Both the position numbers and the translations under genes were made by a program. From NCBI GenBank assembly GCA_001949185.1, contig BDGG01000001.1:5509527-5573526 (forward strand): DNA of 64,000 nt, written 5' to 3'. A model generated the notes under the pieces. That model saw only the letters and a program-made list of their open reading frames with translations. It searched no databases and had not been told where the DNA came from. Source of the DNA: Ramazzottius varieornatus. Lineage: Eukaryota > Animalia > Tardigrada. Below are positions 11,868 to 23,004 of the stretch, piece by piece. Within the stretch, counting starts at the first letter, position 1. Each line of letters begins with the position of its first letter.

Positions 11868-13131
11868 CATTCGAGATTATTTTTTTGATGGCCTCTCGAA
11901 AGCCTTTTCCGTCCATAACTGCGGAATCGTGGCTCATTTCTGATACTTCCGGTTCTCGGTATTTTGTCCAGTTGTCATTAAAATAGCTGTCTTTGAGTAA
12001 CATGTTGTGTAAAACAACACATGATTGTATCCACTCTACAGCTGCTCGATGGGTCTGCTTATCGTGAATCTTGATTCTAAAGGACGGCAAAGACGGAAAA
12101 CGTCCCTTCAAGATGGCAATGGTGTGTTCGATCTTAATTCTTGTTCAAGAGTGGTAAAAGTTGAATCGCTCGTTGTTCGCTGACATGACTCCGGCGGCGG
12201 GCTTCTTGTAGGAAGCGATGGTATCAGTTGACGTAGTGTAGGCGCTGTCAGCGAGAAGATATTTGCCTGGTGAAAACAGCTTGGAGACTTGTCTTGCCAT
12301 AGAATTACAGAATACTTTCATATAATGGGCCGACCCACAAAATCCGATAAACATGTATCGAATTTTACGCTTGTCGTCGCAAACCACCATCGCTGATATT
12401 CCGCATCGGGACTTGTGGCTCCAGTAATCCTCGCCATCTTTGGTAGGCTTGTACTCTAACGGGTCTAACGTGCCGTCCAACATTCCAACACAATCAGAAA
12501 ATCCCAAATCCCGAAGAATTCGCGCCTACAATATCAGACTTCAATAAACTTGTGGTGTCCAGCATACCAAAGAATTTCAAGAGCTAAGGTATAAGTACCT
12601 TAATAGTTCTTTCCTCTTTATCCGGCCAGTTAACCACACTTCCTTCTACCGCGAACAGAGCCTCGATACATCTAGTGGTGCATAGAAGGACACAGCCTTC
12701 TGAAACTCCGAAACGTCTAGCAATCTTCCCTACGGAGGTTGAGTTTCCCGAACTCCCGAAACGATAGGAAAAAATCATAAGCTGTAGTCGTGGATCGGCT
12801 TGAGGTGTTTTGCCGTGAAAGTTGAAGACCTTATGACCGACGATCTTGCTTAGTACCATCTCAAATGACTCACGGGACATCTGATTTCCTCCTTGAACCG
12901 TCCATCATCCAGTGCCGGAAGCAAATACCCCGCAAAGTGCTTACTTTTAGGCACTTCCGGTCGCTGAAGGTATCGTGTAGCGGTAACGAGCTGAAGTAGC
13001 ACGGTAGGAACATCCACTTCATCATTGTTGTCATGTTCGTCGAGGTCCAAATTCATCTTCATTAGCTTCCGACCAACCACCCATTCTTCCAGATCACCAA
13101 TGAAGCGCTTTCTTTCGGAAGTGCCCGGCAT
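11836..13131 (-). pseudogene. Harbinger (DDE_Tnp_4, HARBI1-like) transposase, disrupted
   Basis: CVGMLDGT, YLLADSAY, IEHTIAILKGRF and CVVLHN motifs. Intron 12598-12526; 1-bp deletion near 12881; premature TGA at 12145-12147. Confidence 0.9.
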
Positions 13132-13589
13132 GGTGAGCTGCAGCGCAGTACAAAGTAAGAGAGAATAGTAAGAATATGATAAGCGCGAATTACAAGCATA
13201 CTGTTCGCCAAATTTTTTGAACAACAGAAGGTCCGTAATTCGAATTTTGCGAAAAGTTCGAACTTCCCTCACTCACGCTTGATTTGTGTTGATCAAGCTA
13301 ATATAGGAAGACGTTGGCGGCTTCAACAAGTTTCGCAAGCAAGACTGAAGACCACTATTACATTAGTCCTTCTCACGACGAGCTGTTTAAGTCGCTCGCG
13401 GCTGATTCAAAATTCAAAATTCAAACTTCCTTGATCACCTGAAAATGGTCGAGAGTGATACAGAACTCAGTTTTCGCAAACTTTGGATTACGAAGCCTCC
13501 GCTCTACTCTAAATTTCGTAAAATGTATCTTTTCTGTTCTGGTTCTGCTCGCTTTACACCTTCAATTTGTACCCTATTTTGACCTCGTA

Positions 13590-14877
13590 ATGCCGTGCAC
13601 TTCTGAAAGAAAGCGTCTTGTCTGGAAGAATGGGTGGTTGCACGGAAGTTAACGAAAATGAATCTAGACCTTGACGAAGATGACGACTACGACGTTGAAG
13701 TGGACGTTACCATCATGCTGCTGCAGCTCGTCAGTGCTACTCGATACCTTCAACGACCGGAAGTTCCCAAGAGTAAGCACTTCGTACAGCCCGTGTTTCC
13801 ATTTCTGGATGATGAACGCTTTAAAGAAGAAGTCAGGATGTCATGTGAGTCGTTCGAGACAGTACTGCGAAAGATCGAAGGACACGACGCGTTCCATCGA
13901 CCAAGTAACAACTCCCAATCTGATCCGCGATTGCAGCTTCTAATCTGTGCCTATCGTTTCCGAAGTTCGGGAAGCTCCTTGTCCGTGGGGAAGACAGCAA
14001 GACGCTTTGGAGTGTCAGAAGGGTTTGTGATCCTGTGTACTGGCAGATATATTGAGGCTCTACTGTCATTGGGAGGAAGCGAAATTACCTGGCCCAATAA
14101 GAAGGAAAGAGCTTCCATTAAGGTGCGCGTGCTGGCTCTGGGAAATTTTGTAACGCGGATTAAATCGCGGTTATAGTCTCGTATTGCTTATATGCACGTA
14201 TTCTTGGCGATTCTGGATTTCCTGACTGTGTCGGATGGCACTCTCTCCCACTGGAATACAAGCCTACAAACGACGGTGAGGATTACTGGAGCCACAAATC
14301 CCGATATGGAATCTCGGCCATGGCTGTATGTGCCGACAAACGTGAAATCCGTTACCAGTTTGTCGGATTCTGTGGTTCAGCTCATGATATGAGGATTTAC
14401 AATAATTTACCCATGGCAAGTCAAACTTCGAAGTTGTTCTCACCCGGGGAATATCTTCTCGCTGACAGCGCTTACACCACAGCAGCTTGTATCGTTGCAT
14501 CCTACAAGAAACCCGCCGCAGGAGCCATGTCGACTGATAACGAGCGTTTCAGTCGCTACCACTCTTCCGCAAGAATCAGAATCGAACACACTATCGGTAT
14601 TCTGAAGGGACGTTTTCCCTCCTTACGGGCCCTGAGAATCGAATTTCACGATAAGAAAAGCCACAGAGCAGCTGTAGACTGGATAAAAGCCCGTGTCGTT
14701 TTACACAACATGTTACTGACGGATAGCTACTATGATGACAACTGAACAAAGTACCGAGAACCGGATACACCAGACGTTCCACAAGATGCAGCTCTATTGA
14801 ATGGAAAAGGGTTTAGAGAGAACATCAATCGAAGAGTCCTCATCATCAAAAAGTCGAGCCGACGTTTTAATCAGTAA
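13590..14877 (+). pseudogene. Second Harbinger transposase (diverged paralog), disrupted
   Basis: MPCTSERKR start. Intron 14123-14176 is at the same position as in copy 1. YLLADSAY, IEHTIGILKGRF and VVLHN present; DGT region damaged; TGA at 14743-14745. Confidence 0.85.
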
Positions 14878-15500
14878 AACGATTCTTGGATAAGTCAAGT
14901 TGTAAAGCGAACTTTTTATAAATTTGAAATTCACGTATTTCCTTTCGTTCTTCTCGGTCTCTCTGTTTCTCATCGTACTCGAACTGCCGTTGTGACCGAC
15001 GTTCTTCCCGTTCCTCTTGGGCAATCCTCTGTGCCAGCTCCCACTTCTTTTCTTCTAGCAACAGTTTCCTTTCCGCGATGGCCAGCTGATCCTTTGTACT
15101 GGCATGTAGAGCTTCGGCGACGCTCAGTGGTTTCTGTTGGGTTTTGCTTTCCTGCACCTTCTTCTCGGGATTTCATGACACCTTTCTCTGCGGGGTGGAG
15201 TTGCCTGAGCTCGGAGTACTGGGAGGTGGAAAGCTGAGTTGTCAGCCATGTCGAGTTCTCGGGTATATCATTATGTCTTCCGCTCACTTGAATCGTTACT
15301 GTAGTGATTCAGCAAGCGTTGCAAACATGATAATCCAGAACACATCATCTTGCTTCACAAATTCTTTTAGTATTACCGCAGATTTCCAAGTTACCGACTA
15401 TCCAGAGTGCCAAACAAGTCAGAGTTACTGTCCCAGGTTTATGTCTTGACGCTGGGGTGGCTTTCGAAGCGACTGCCAACATTTCCATTTCCCCTATCCG
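14850..15500 (-). pseudogene. Remnant of the Myb-like partner gene of the second Harbinger
   Basis: QESKTQQKPLSVAEAL...EEKKWELAQRIAQEEREERR is homologous to the C-terminus of 10525-11867. N-terminal part and TIR not found. Confidence 0.7.
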
Positions 15501-15576
15501 ACTTCTTTCTGGCGTATGATAACATGTAGGTGCCTTCACCTTACGTAACTTCCCTCCCTAAACCAAATTTTTGCAG

Positions 15577-15900
15577 GTGCAACTTCGGGCGTTTGGGAGC
15601 TCTTCACCAGCCTTTACCTGCCAACTTTCCTGCCCAATACCATTCAATATGGAGTCAAATCCAGCTGATCATTGACTGCCTTCACCTGAAAAATCACAAA
15701 AGGGCTTCCTGCAGCCAGATCTACAATCCAAAACTGTTTACAGAAGCACACCCGGCAGCAACCGAGGCAAACACCATGGCCGCCGAACAGACGTTCTCTT
15801 GCCTCACCAAACTGAAAAAAAACAACTTAACGCTATGAACAAAAGCAACCAGCTGTTCTTCTTAAATCGATCGTTGTCAGACGTAACGATCATCTGAAGG
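15577..15900 (+). mobile_element. C-terminal fragment of a KDZ (Kyakuja/Dileera/Zisupton)-like transposase
   Basis: IDCLHLKNH...C...YNP...NTMAAEQTFSCL followed, after a frameshift, by MN...FFL matches the D-x-x-H-x-x-x-H / N-T-x-x-x-E-Q pattern of these transposases. Confidence 0.55.
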
Positions 15901-16079
15901 GATGTTTGTTACGCAAAGAAGCACCGGTTCGTGTTGGTACGAGAAGCGCTTATCAGAGGGCTGGACTCTAAATAAGGGTTCCTCAACAAACTTTCCTCCC
16001 AACAGATAATTAACTGAGAACGACTGTGGCTACCTACCACCAATGACCATAGGCAGCCAAGCTCACTGGGAATCTTGAC

Positions 16080-16370
16080 CGTGCAGGCTCAATAAGCGAA
16101 ACGGTGGCTAACTGAGAGAACGCAGCTAACAGGGCGAATGGAGGCTGAAAGGACAAACGGAGGCTAACTGGGCGAACGGGGCGAGCAGACCTAACGGGGA
16201 CTAACAAAACTGACGGGATCGAACAAGCCCAACGCACAAAGCTGACTGGGGGAACAGAGGCTAACTAGGACTGACAAAACTATGGCAGGTTAACAAGACT
16301 AACGGGATCAAACAGGCTTAGCTGCGGCTAACTGGGCGAACCAAGACCATCGGGAACGAACAGGTCAAAC
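16080..16370. repeat. Degenerate ~9-10-bp periodic repeat (CTAAC/CGAAC-N-GG)
   Basis: For example GGCTAACTGGGCGAACGGGGCGAGCAGACCTAACGGGGACTAAC. GGCTAACTGGGCGAAC recurs at ~16162 and ~16326. Confidence 0.55.
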
Positions 16371-16699
16371 TCGATCTCATTCTGATGAATAGCACTAACG
16401 TACGCTAGCGGTAAACAACGCTGCTAACCGACGAACTTCCTCCAAGCATGCTACCCATCCGGATTTGGTGTACAAACCATGACATACCTGACCGGATAGC
16501 GCACTGAATTATTTAAATAACTCGAAATAAAAAAAATTTGTCAGAAGGGGCTTAAAGTAGGCCTTTCAAGATGGCGGCTCCAGCAACCTGTTTGTATTCG
16601 ATCGGGCCTCGGGTATTTGAGCGGAACAAAATCCGAATTGCTCCCAGCTTTGATCGATTTTCATTTGGTGAACTGGTTTAAGTCCCTCTCCAAGCCATG

Positions 16700-16870
16700 G
16701 TTTTATCCGGATAGAAAGTTGGATGGATGGAAGACCCATCCGGATTGCGTCCGGATGGATGGGATTTCCTATCCGGTTTGGCGATGAATGGATAGGAAGC
16801 TCATCCAATCCCATTTCTATCCGGATTGATCCGGACCCATCCGTGGTCGGATTGGATTTTAACAACCCTA
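16700..16870 (-). mobile_element. Orphan hAT-like terminus with ATCCGG subterminal repeats
   Basis: Minus strand starts TAGGGTTGTTAAAATCCAATCCGA; many ATCCGG/ATCC motifs in both orientations. Confidence 0.55.
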
Positions 16871-16991
16871 CTCGTGATGAAACAACGCTAATCACCCAAG
16901 GGCTACAGAGGGTCACGCAAAGCAGTCACCTGGCACGCCAACTTTGTGCTGTGCTATGGCAGACATTAATCTTTCTCATTATCTGTTGTTT

Positions 16992-19900
16992 CTAAAAGTG
17001 CTGCAGAGCTATCAAGAGATCATCGTCATGCAGTAGCGTATCTTGTGGCGGATTACACATAACAAAACGTTGGTTCTTCCTCCTGCCATCTGTCCGACGG
17101 AACACTCCAAGCGATGTGATATTCCGCGTGCGAAGTAGCTCAACGTAGACTTGCCCGTATGTATTGACTTTCTCCTGAAAAAACGACAATGATACGTTTA
17201 TTCGCCCATGAACGTGAAACTTGGGATACCCCACCTGCGCGTTCAGAGATTCGAGGACATCCTCTACAGAAGGTTGAACAATCCGAACCCGATCTGGCTT
17301 CCGTTCTAACGGAATATTCATGCCGACTTCACTGTCGATGAGTCCGTCACCTTCTGCCAGAACATTCTCTAGCTCTTTGGATATGGGTCCAAATATCATT
17401 CCCTCCACCACGCTGACCAAAAACGGATCAAAGAAACACATAACCATCAAGAGATCCAAAACGCTGTTTGTGAACGCACGTCCTTCGCTGTAAGGCTGAG
17501 TTAGGTAGAATTCGCGTGTGGATGAATCCGTATCGTCGTCATCCAGGAAAACCACATTTGTTTCTCTGGCTACAGAAATCACGATTCCGGACACTTCAAA
17601 GTATCATAAGTCTTCTTGAACGACGCAAACTGCGTCATAGTAAGCGTGTGTTGCGTGCAGTACCATCCCCGTAAACTCTACGCGTACTGTGGACGTCAAT
17701 TCGCGAAGTTCAAGAAGCATTACAGTATACGTTAAGCTGAGTAGCAGCACTGGCTAACCTAGGTCGGTTATAAGAGGCACTTCGGATCCGTGTTTCCAGA
17801 GGGGACTTTTGCTTTCTAGAGGGTTCGCCCGAGACTCTGCGGGGACACCTTCTTTGGAGAACGACGTGGTCCGAACATTGGCTGTTGCCAAAATGACGGA
17901 CTTGTCCAACAAGGCTGGGTCTTGATCCTTGAGATCCCTACTGACAGTCGGTGCGCTCATTATGACGCACATTTTGCACGTCATCAAACTACAATATGAA
18001 AGTCTTATGTCAAGCGAGTAGTCGCCTTGTGAAACTCTACATATCGACTGCGTGTATCAGGCATATCTTACCTTGCTCGACGAAGGTCTCCACGTTTCAA
18101 TGCACTTCCCTGAGAACAACGGAGTGAAGCACAGGTTGTGGAGTATGTGCTGTTCGAGATTACTGATCGAGAAAGCGTACCTCAAGAATATAAATTTGTG
18201 GCAAGTTGCCGATAACGGGCCACTCCTTCTCCAGAAAGCCCTTGTTGCTGACAAGCAAGATATCGTGTAGTTCTTCGTAAGGGATAGCAGCGGAACGTAG
18301 TGGCAGTACGAAATTGGCGAGACCGATCGCTTCGTTTTCTTTTCCAGCAAGAACGCAGAGTACAATGTGGTTGCTAAACGTTTTTGACGATTCCTTCTTC
18401 ACGTCCTGCAATAACGTTTCATGAACCAAGCGAACAATCCAAACGCTTTTGCATCACGGATTGTACAAACTTACGACAATGACTGTGGAGATATCCGGTG
18501 CAGGTACCCAGTAAAACATGCCGGTAGAGTCAAGTTGCTGGTGGCCGTTGATAGGCTGGTCGCACCCCATCGCTAGACAGAGCTCAGAGGGTCCTCCAGG
18601 AGGGTTCTTTGTGCAGGAAGTAGCAAGCGTATCGGCGGGAGACACGTTGGGACAGGACATATTTTTCTTAGTTTCTACCTCTAGCGCTGAGTTGGCTTCC
18701 AGTTCGGTGCGTGATGGTAGTTCTTCCACTGTGTGGGTGCTGCTCTTCTTGGCTTCTCTTGCAGTAGGCATGTGACATTTGCATTTTTTGATGGCTGACA
18801 GTTCGACGTTTTCGTGACAGTTCTTACAGTACACTCGAACCCTGCATAAAGTTGTAGTGTGGGTTATAATTAGGCTCAGCAGGCTGAAACTATGGTCACA
18901 TGCCGAAAGGTTGTACATTACCTGTCCACTTTACTGCTTCTCTCACCCAGGAAGAAACCGATTGTATCAGTAGTAATTGTTCCACCACCCGCAATCCCGT
19001 CGATGGTAGCGCTGCAGGCACATTGTTCTGGATTGTGATGGGTTGCAAGAAGGACCAATTTTAGCCGGCGATAACAGAAAATGCTCGCTTCTTGGAAGTT
19101 CATCCCGACGAAGAACGGACTGAATTTTCGATAGTAGATCTCGAACCTGGTTCCACGCTGGTAATCGTCCATCCATGACTTTTTATGCTGGAGATTGTTG
19201 AAACTTTACAAACCTGCCTATATTTTTCTGCTGGCCGGAAATTGTTTACCTTGATCTTCGATCTGGATGAGCGTGTTGTAAAGAGGTTGGCCATCAACGT
19301 TGAAAAGCCTTGTGCGACACAGCTTTGAGCCAGAAGTCCCAGCTGTAGTTCCGCCAGGCAGATGACGGAATCTCCATTTAGTGGAGACCAGTGCGGAGTG
19401 TTGAGGACGTGCGGCTAATAAAACTTCTGCTTCATCAAGCAGCCAGTGAAGTACTGTAGTGCTCCTAAATTAACGCGCACTCAACCACGTGATGAGTCAT
19501 CGTTGTCCAGTATGATCAGATGCTACCAGCGTAGCCTGTGTGATTCTCACCCGGGCATCATTTACTGTTCACGTGGTTGAGTGCGCGTTAACTTAGGAGC
19601 ATTACAGTACAAGTTGCGGACGGCCAATTTTCGCACACACTACTTTGAAAGTGAAGTACGTACCTTGTTGTGGAAGTGGTGTAGTTCAACGATAACTCTA
19701 GCATTGTGCTTGAGGTTCTTAGCCGAGACAACCCGCATGATATTTGCAGCGTCGTCAGCATCAGGGTCAAAAGTGTGTCTGCTGCACAGAATCAACGTTG
19801 CTGCCGCCTCCGTCAATGCGACGCGATGAAGGTCCTCGAGTTTCAGCATTGAACCTTGTCGGTAATAGACCTTGGTGTGATGCAGCAGGAGTTGGGTTTT

Positions 19901-22900
19901 TATAGCAGCGTCTGGGGGATTGCTGGAAAAACAAACAGACCACAGTACGGTTTGTTAATTTTTCTTTAGTTGCTGTATGTAGTTTTGTTGAAAGCCAGTG
20001 AATTTTAAGAAAAGCACACGTGCCTGTCCTAAATGTGGGAATGGACAAAAATNNNNNNNNNNNNNNNNNNNNNNNNNNNNNNNNNNNNNNNNNNNNNNNN
20101 NNNNNNNNNNNNNNNNNNNNNNNNNNNNNNNNNNNNNNNNNNNNNNNNNNNNNNNNNNNNNNNNNNNNNNNNNNNNNNNNNNNNNNNNNNNNNNNNNNNN
20201 NNNNNNNNNNNNNNNNNNNNNNNNNNNNNNNNNNNNNNNNNNNNNNNNNNNNNNNNNNNNNNNNNNNNNNNNNNNNNNNNNNNNNNNNNNNNNNNNNNNN
20301 NNNNNNNNNNNNNNNNNNNNNNNNNNNNNNNNNNNNNNNNNNNNNNNNNNNNNNNNNNNNNNNNNNNNNNNNNNNNNNNNNNNNNNNNNNNNNNNNNNNN
20401 NNNNNNNNNNNNNNNNNNNNNNNNNNNNNNNNNNNNNNNNNNNNNNNNNNNNNNNNNNNNNNNNNNNNNNNNNNNNNNNATTTGGGGAGGTAGCACATTA
20501 TCAAATTGCTTGCAGGAGAAACTTCGCCCAAAGGTAAATATATCGCATGGCACGTACTTTGGGCGAGTTTCACGATTTGTTTGATATCGTGGGCACGATA
20601 TCAAACAAATGCGGGGATGGGGTAAGAAATGCCTGCCACCGAACTTGACTCTGCGAGCCCATCATATCATACAATGCGCGACACCAATCAAGCAAATGTT
20701 GGAACCTGACAGAAATACCTGTCAGACTGGAAAACGACTTATGGCGGCGATGGCCGCCCATAGGCGCCTGTACTGTATATGGTTGTGTTTGATGTGAAAT
20801 TGGACCACGACAAGCTGATTGGACTCTTACTCGCTGAGAACCACAATCTTGAAGTATTTGCTGCGAATACGCTCTTTCTCGTAGAATTCCCGGACGAAAT
20901 ACTTGAAATTATAGGCGGTGACGTGTCCGGTGAGGATTATGTGTCTACAACGTTCGACAAAATTCACAAGTCAAAGACAGTGCATTGAAACTCTTTTAGA
21001 AACGACGAATTTTTCTTACAGATAACTCGAGGAGGGATGGTAGCTTCTTTGGTACTCTGGCTTCACCTTCATGTAGTCGGCAATCACAGGTATGGCTTTC
21101 GCAACGACTCCCTTCATGTAAACCAAAAACATTGTAAGACTGCATGAGGCTGCTGAAACTTCTGGATAACCGGATGGGCCATCGTTAGTGCCAGAAACCG
21201 ACGTACCAAGGCTAGTAGCTGGAAACTGTAGATAATGATCCTCCCGGTTGCTGTGCGTACTTGCATGTAGCTCAAGTCCAGCATGGAAACTCTGCCATAA
21301 ATATACAGGAAGCACTTCCAAAACCCGGTTGGCTGGCCGTTGTACAAATCTTCTCCGTCTGGAGCATACAGCAATGGATCGCCTATATTTTCCGCCTACC
21401 GGACACAGTACAAGGTCAACCCTCGACGTAGTCTGTACACGCAAGACGAGAAATTATGGTACAGTAAAAATTATGGGACAAGCGGAAAGGACGGCAAAAT
21501 GGCATTACTGTGAGTCGGTTGCGTACGTACGTGCTCCCGTACCGCCGTAGGGAAAAGGCCTGTCCTATAGTTTTTACTGTACCATAACTTCTCGTCCTGC
21601 ATGTACTCTGAATGCCACACTATTAGATTACTCTTTCATCGAAAGTCGAGGGTTCGTACCAGGTGCAGGAATCCGGAAGCAACCATGGTCAGCGAAGTGA
21701 CAACAAAAATCAGTCGGAAGACTTTAGTCTTGTTCGCTGAGCGAAGTAGACCAGTAGCCACTGCAAGGTCGAGTAGCCAGCCGCCAAAGTTGTACACTCT
21801 CAAGAATCCAAAACCTGAAAAATGGATTTTTTGTATACTTGTAACAGGGTCTAGTACGTATAAAGTGGTGGGAAAATACCGATAAATTGTCGGCAAAGCC
21901 ACGGATCGACAACTGCGTTTGGAACATGAAAATAGTCAACCAGTGAATGAAACGATAATACTGCCGGTAGCTTTTTCTCCCGTCCGAGAACCTGTACATG
22001 GAAGTATTGAACTTATTCAAACCTGGCTAAACGAAAATGCCGAAATTGTAAGCACGCACAGAATCCTACCCGGATAAGGAAGTAAATCAAGAGGTACACG
22101 TTGACCGCCAAATCAATCCAATGGAGCGCATGGTTCCTCTCTGCGCAGGCTTCAATCGTCTGGTTTTTGACAGACGCCAACCAAAGATGAATGCTGAGGC
22201 TGATTCCAGAACAAATCACCCCAAGTGACATCTGTGGAAACAAAAAAAACTATCGATTCGTGGAAAAGAAAACATAGACACAGTTGATATCGACTCGTTT
22301 CATTGGTCAGTAAGCTTACCCATAACCTCCCGATTAAGTTGTGCTCAGACGCTGCTGAGACTATGAAAGCTCTAACTGGCCACCTTGTTCTCTTCTTCCG
22401 GGCAAGTTCTCTGATTTGCTTTCGGAATGTGATACTATTCGGGGTAGTATCATCTGTTGCTTTGTCTTGCAGAGGTTCCTTCTCTGGCTCATTGGCATCA
22501 TGCTTTCTGCCGTGTGTATGCCTATAATCAACGTCGTCCAAGTCTTCCGGAAGATCTCCGCAGGACAATAGGCGGCGAAAGAACTGAAAGATGGTTTGGT
22601 GGTCGACGATTAGCGCGAGAGCAATCGCGAGAAGAAAGCCAACGCCGAAGTAGACGTAAGCTAACTCTGGTCGGCCCAGCAGGTAACATGGAACACCGTA
22701 TTGCCTGTAAGGAACTGAGAAAGTACTGTACGGTCCATCCTACAGAAACTTCGATCTACTGTAGTTCCGCGTGCGCCATGTACCAGATAAGAAGCAAGGG
22801 TGTGACTCACCAGCTTCCAGTGGATGAATTTCCAATAGAAGAGTTGAGTAACGGCGGGTGGGAAAAGTTGCCGAAACGTTCTAATAGAGCTCTGTGTTTG

Positions 22901-23004
22901 GGTACTGCAGGAAACGGCATCGCTAAACCTCCCATCCCTCGTCTACCGCCACCACCGTCGCTCCCTCGGGCTTCGCCATCGCCGCCGCCGAACTTACCGT
23001 CCAT
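16992..23004 (-). CDS. Divergent Slo/BK-family (slowpoke-like) channel subunit with non-canonical pore; multi-exon, apparently intact
   Basis: Exons splice in frame through S0 ([20 protein letters not shown]), S1-S6, RCK1 (HIILTGHVT; [15 protein letters not shown]; [15 protein letters not shown]), CKNCH, RCK2 (NHIVLCV; NFVLPLRS) and the Ca-bowl (FLDDDDTD...YLTQPY). Pore exon 21207-21395 lacks GYG. Confidence 0.9.
17602..17728. mobile_element. Degenerate TA-flanked MITE in Slo intron
   Basis: Imperfect IR CTTCTTGAAC..GC / GC..GTTCAAGAAG. Right end GCATTACAG-TA resembles the 19454 MITE end. Confidence 0.45.
19454..19607. mobile_element. Tc1/mariner-type MITE (family A) in Slo intron
   Basis: ~39-bp TIRs CTGTAGTGCTCCTAAATTAACGCGCACTCAACCACGTGA with 2 mismatches; TA on both sides. 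Related copy at 58368. Confidence 0.85.
20017..20479. other. Left end of a family-C MITE running into an assembly gap (N 20053-20479)
   Basis: CACGTGCCTGTCCTAAATGTGGGAATGGACAAAAAT is nearly identical to the 27132 MITE left end. Flanking Slo exons join in frame, so no coding exon is needed in the gap. Confidence 0.7.
21438..21603. mobile_element. TA-flanked MITE (family B) in Slo intron
   Basis: TIRs CACGCAAGACGAGAAATTATGGTACAGTAAAAATTATGGGACA and its near reverse complement; TA TSD. Longer relative at 61855. Confidence 0.85.

Larger units (their letters stand above)
10261..13356. mobile_element. Full-length PIF/Harbinger DNA transposon (3.1 kb, defective)
   Basis: Left TIR AGGGGTCTTCAGTCTTGCTTGCAGAACT; right TIR (reverse complement) AGTGGTCTTCAGTCTTGCTTGCGAAACT. 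3-bp TSD ATT at 10258-10260 and 13357-13359. Contains convergent Myb/SANT-like and DDE transposase genes. Confidence 0.9.

Noticed and set aside
16080-16870. Repeat arrays considered as CRISPR-like or telomeric
   Set aside because: No constant repeat with unique spacers, no cas genes, eukaryotic context, and no exact telomeric unit.
19767-20604. Long ORFs containing X runs
   Set aside because: Artefacts of the N gap inside a Slo intron.
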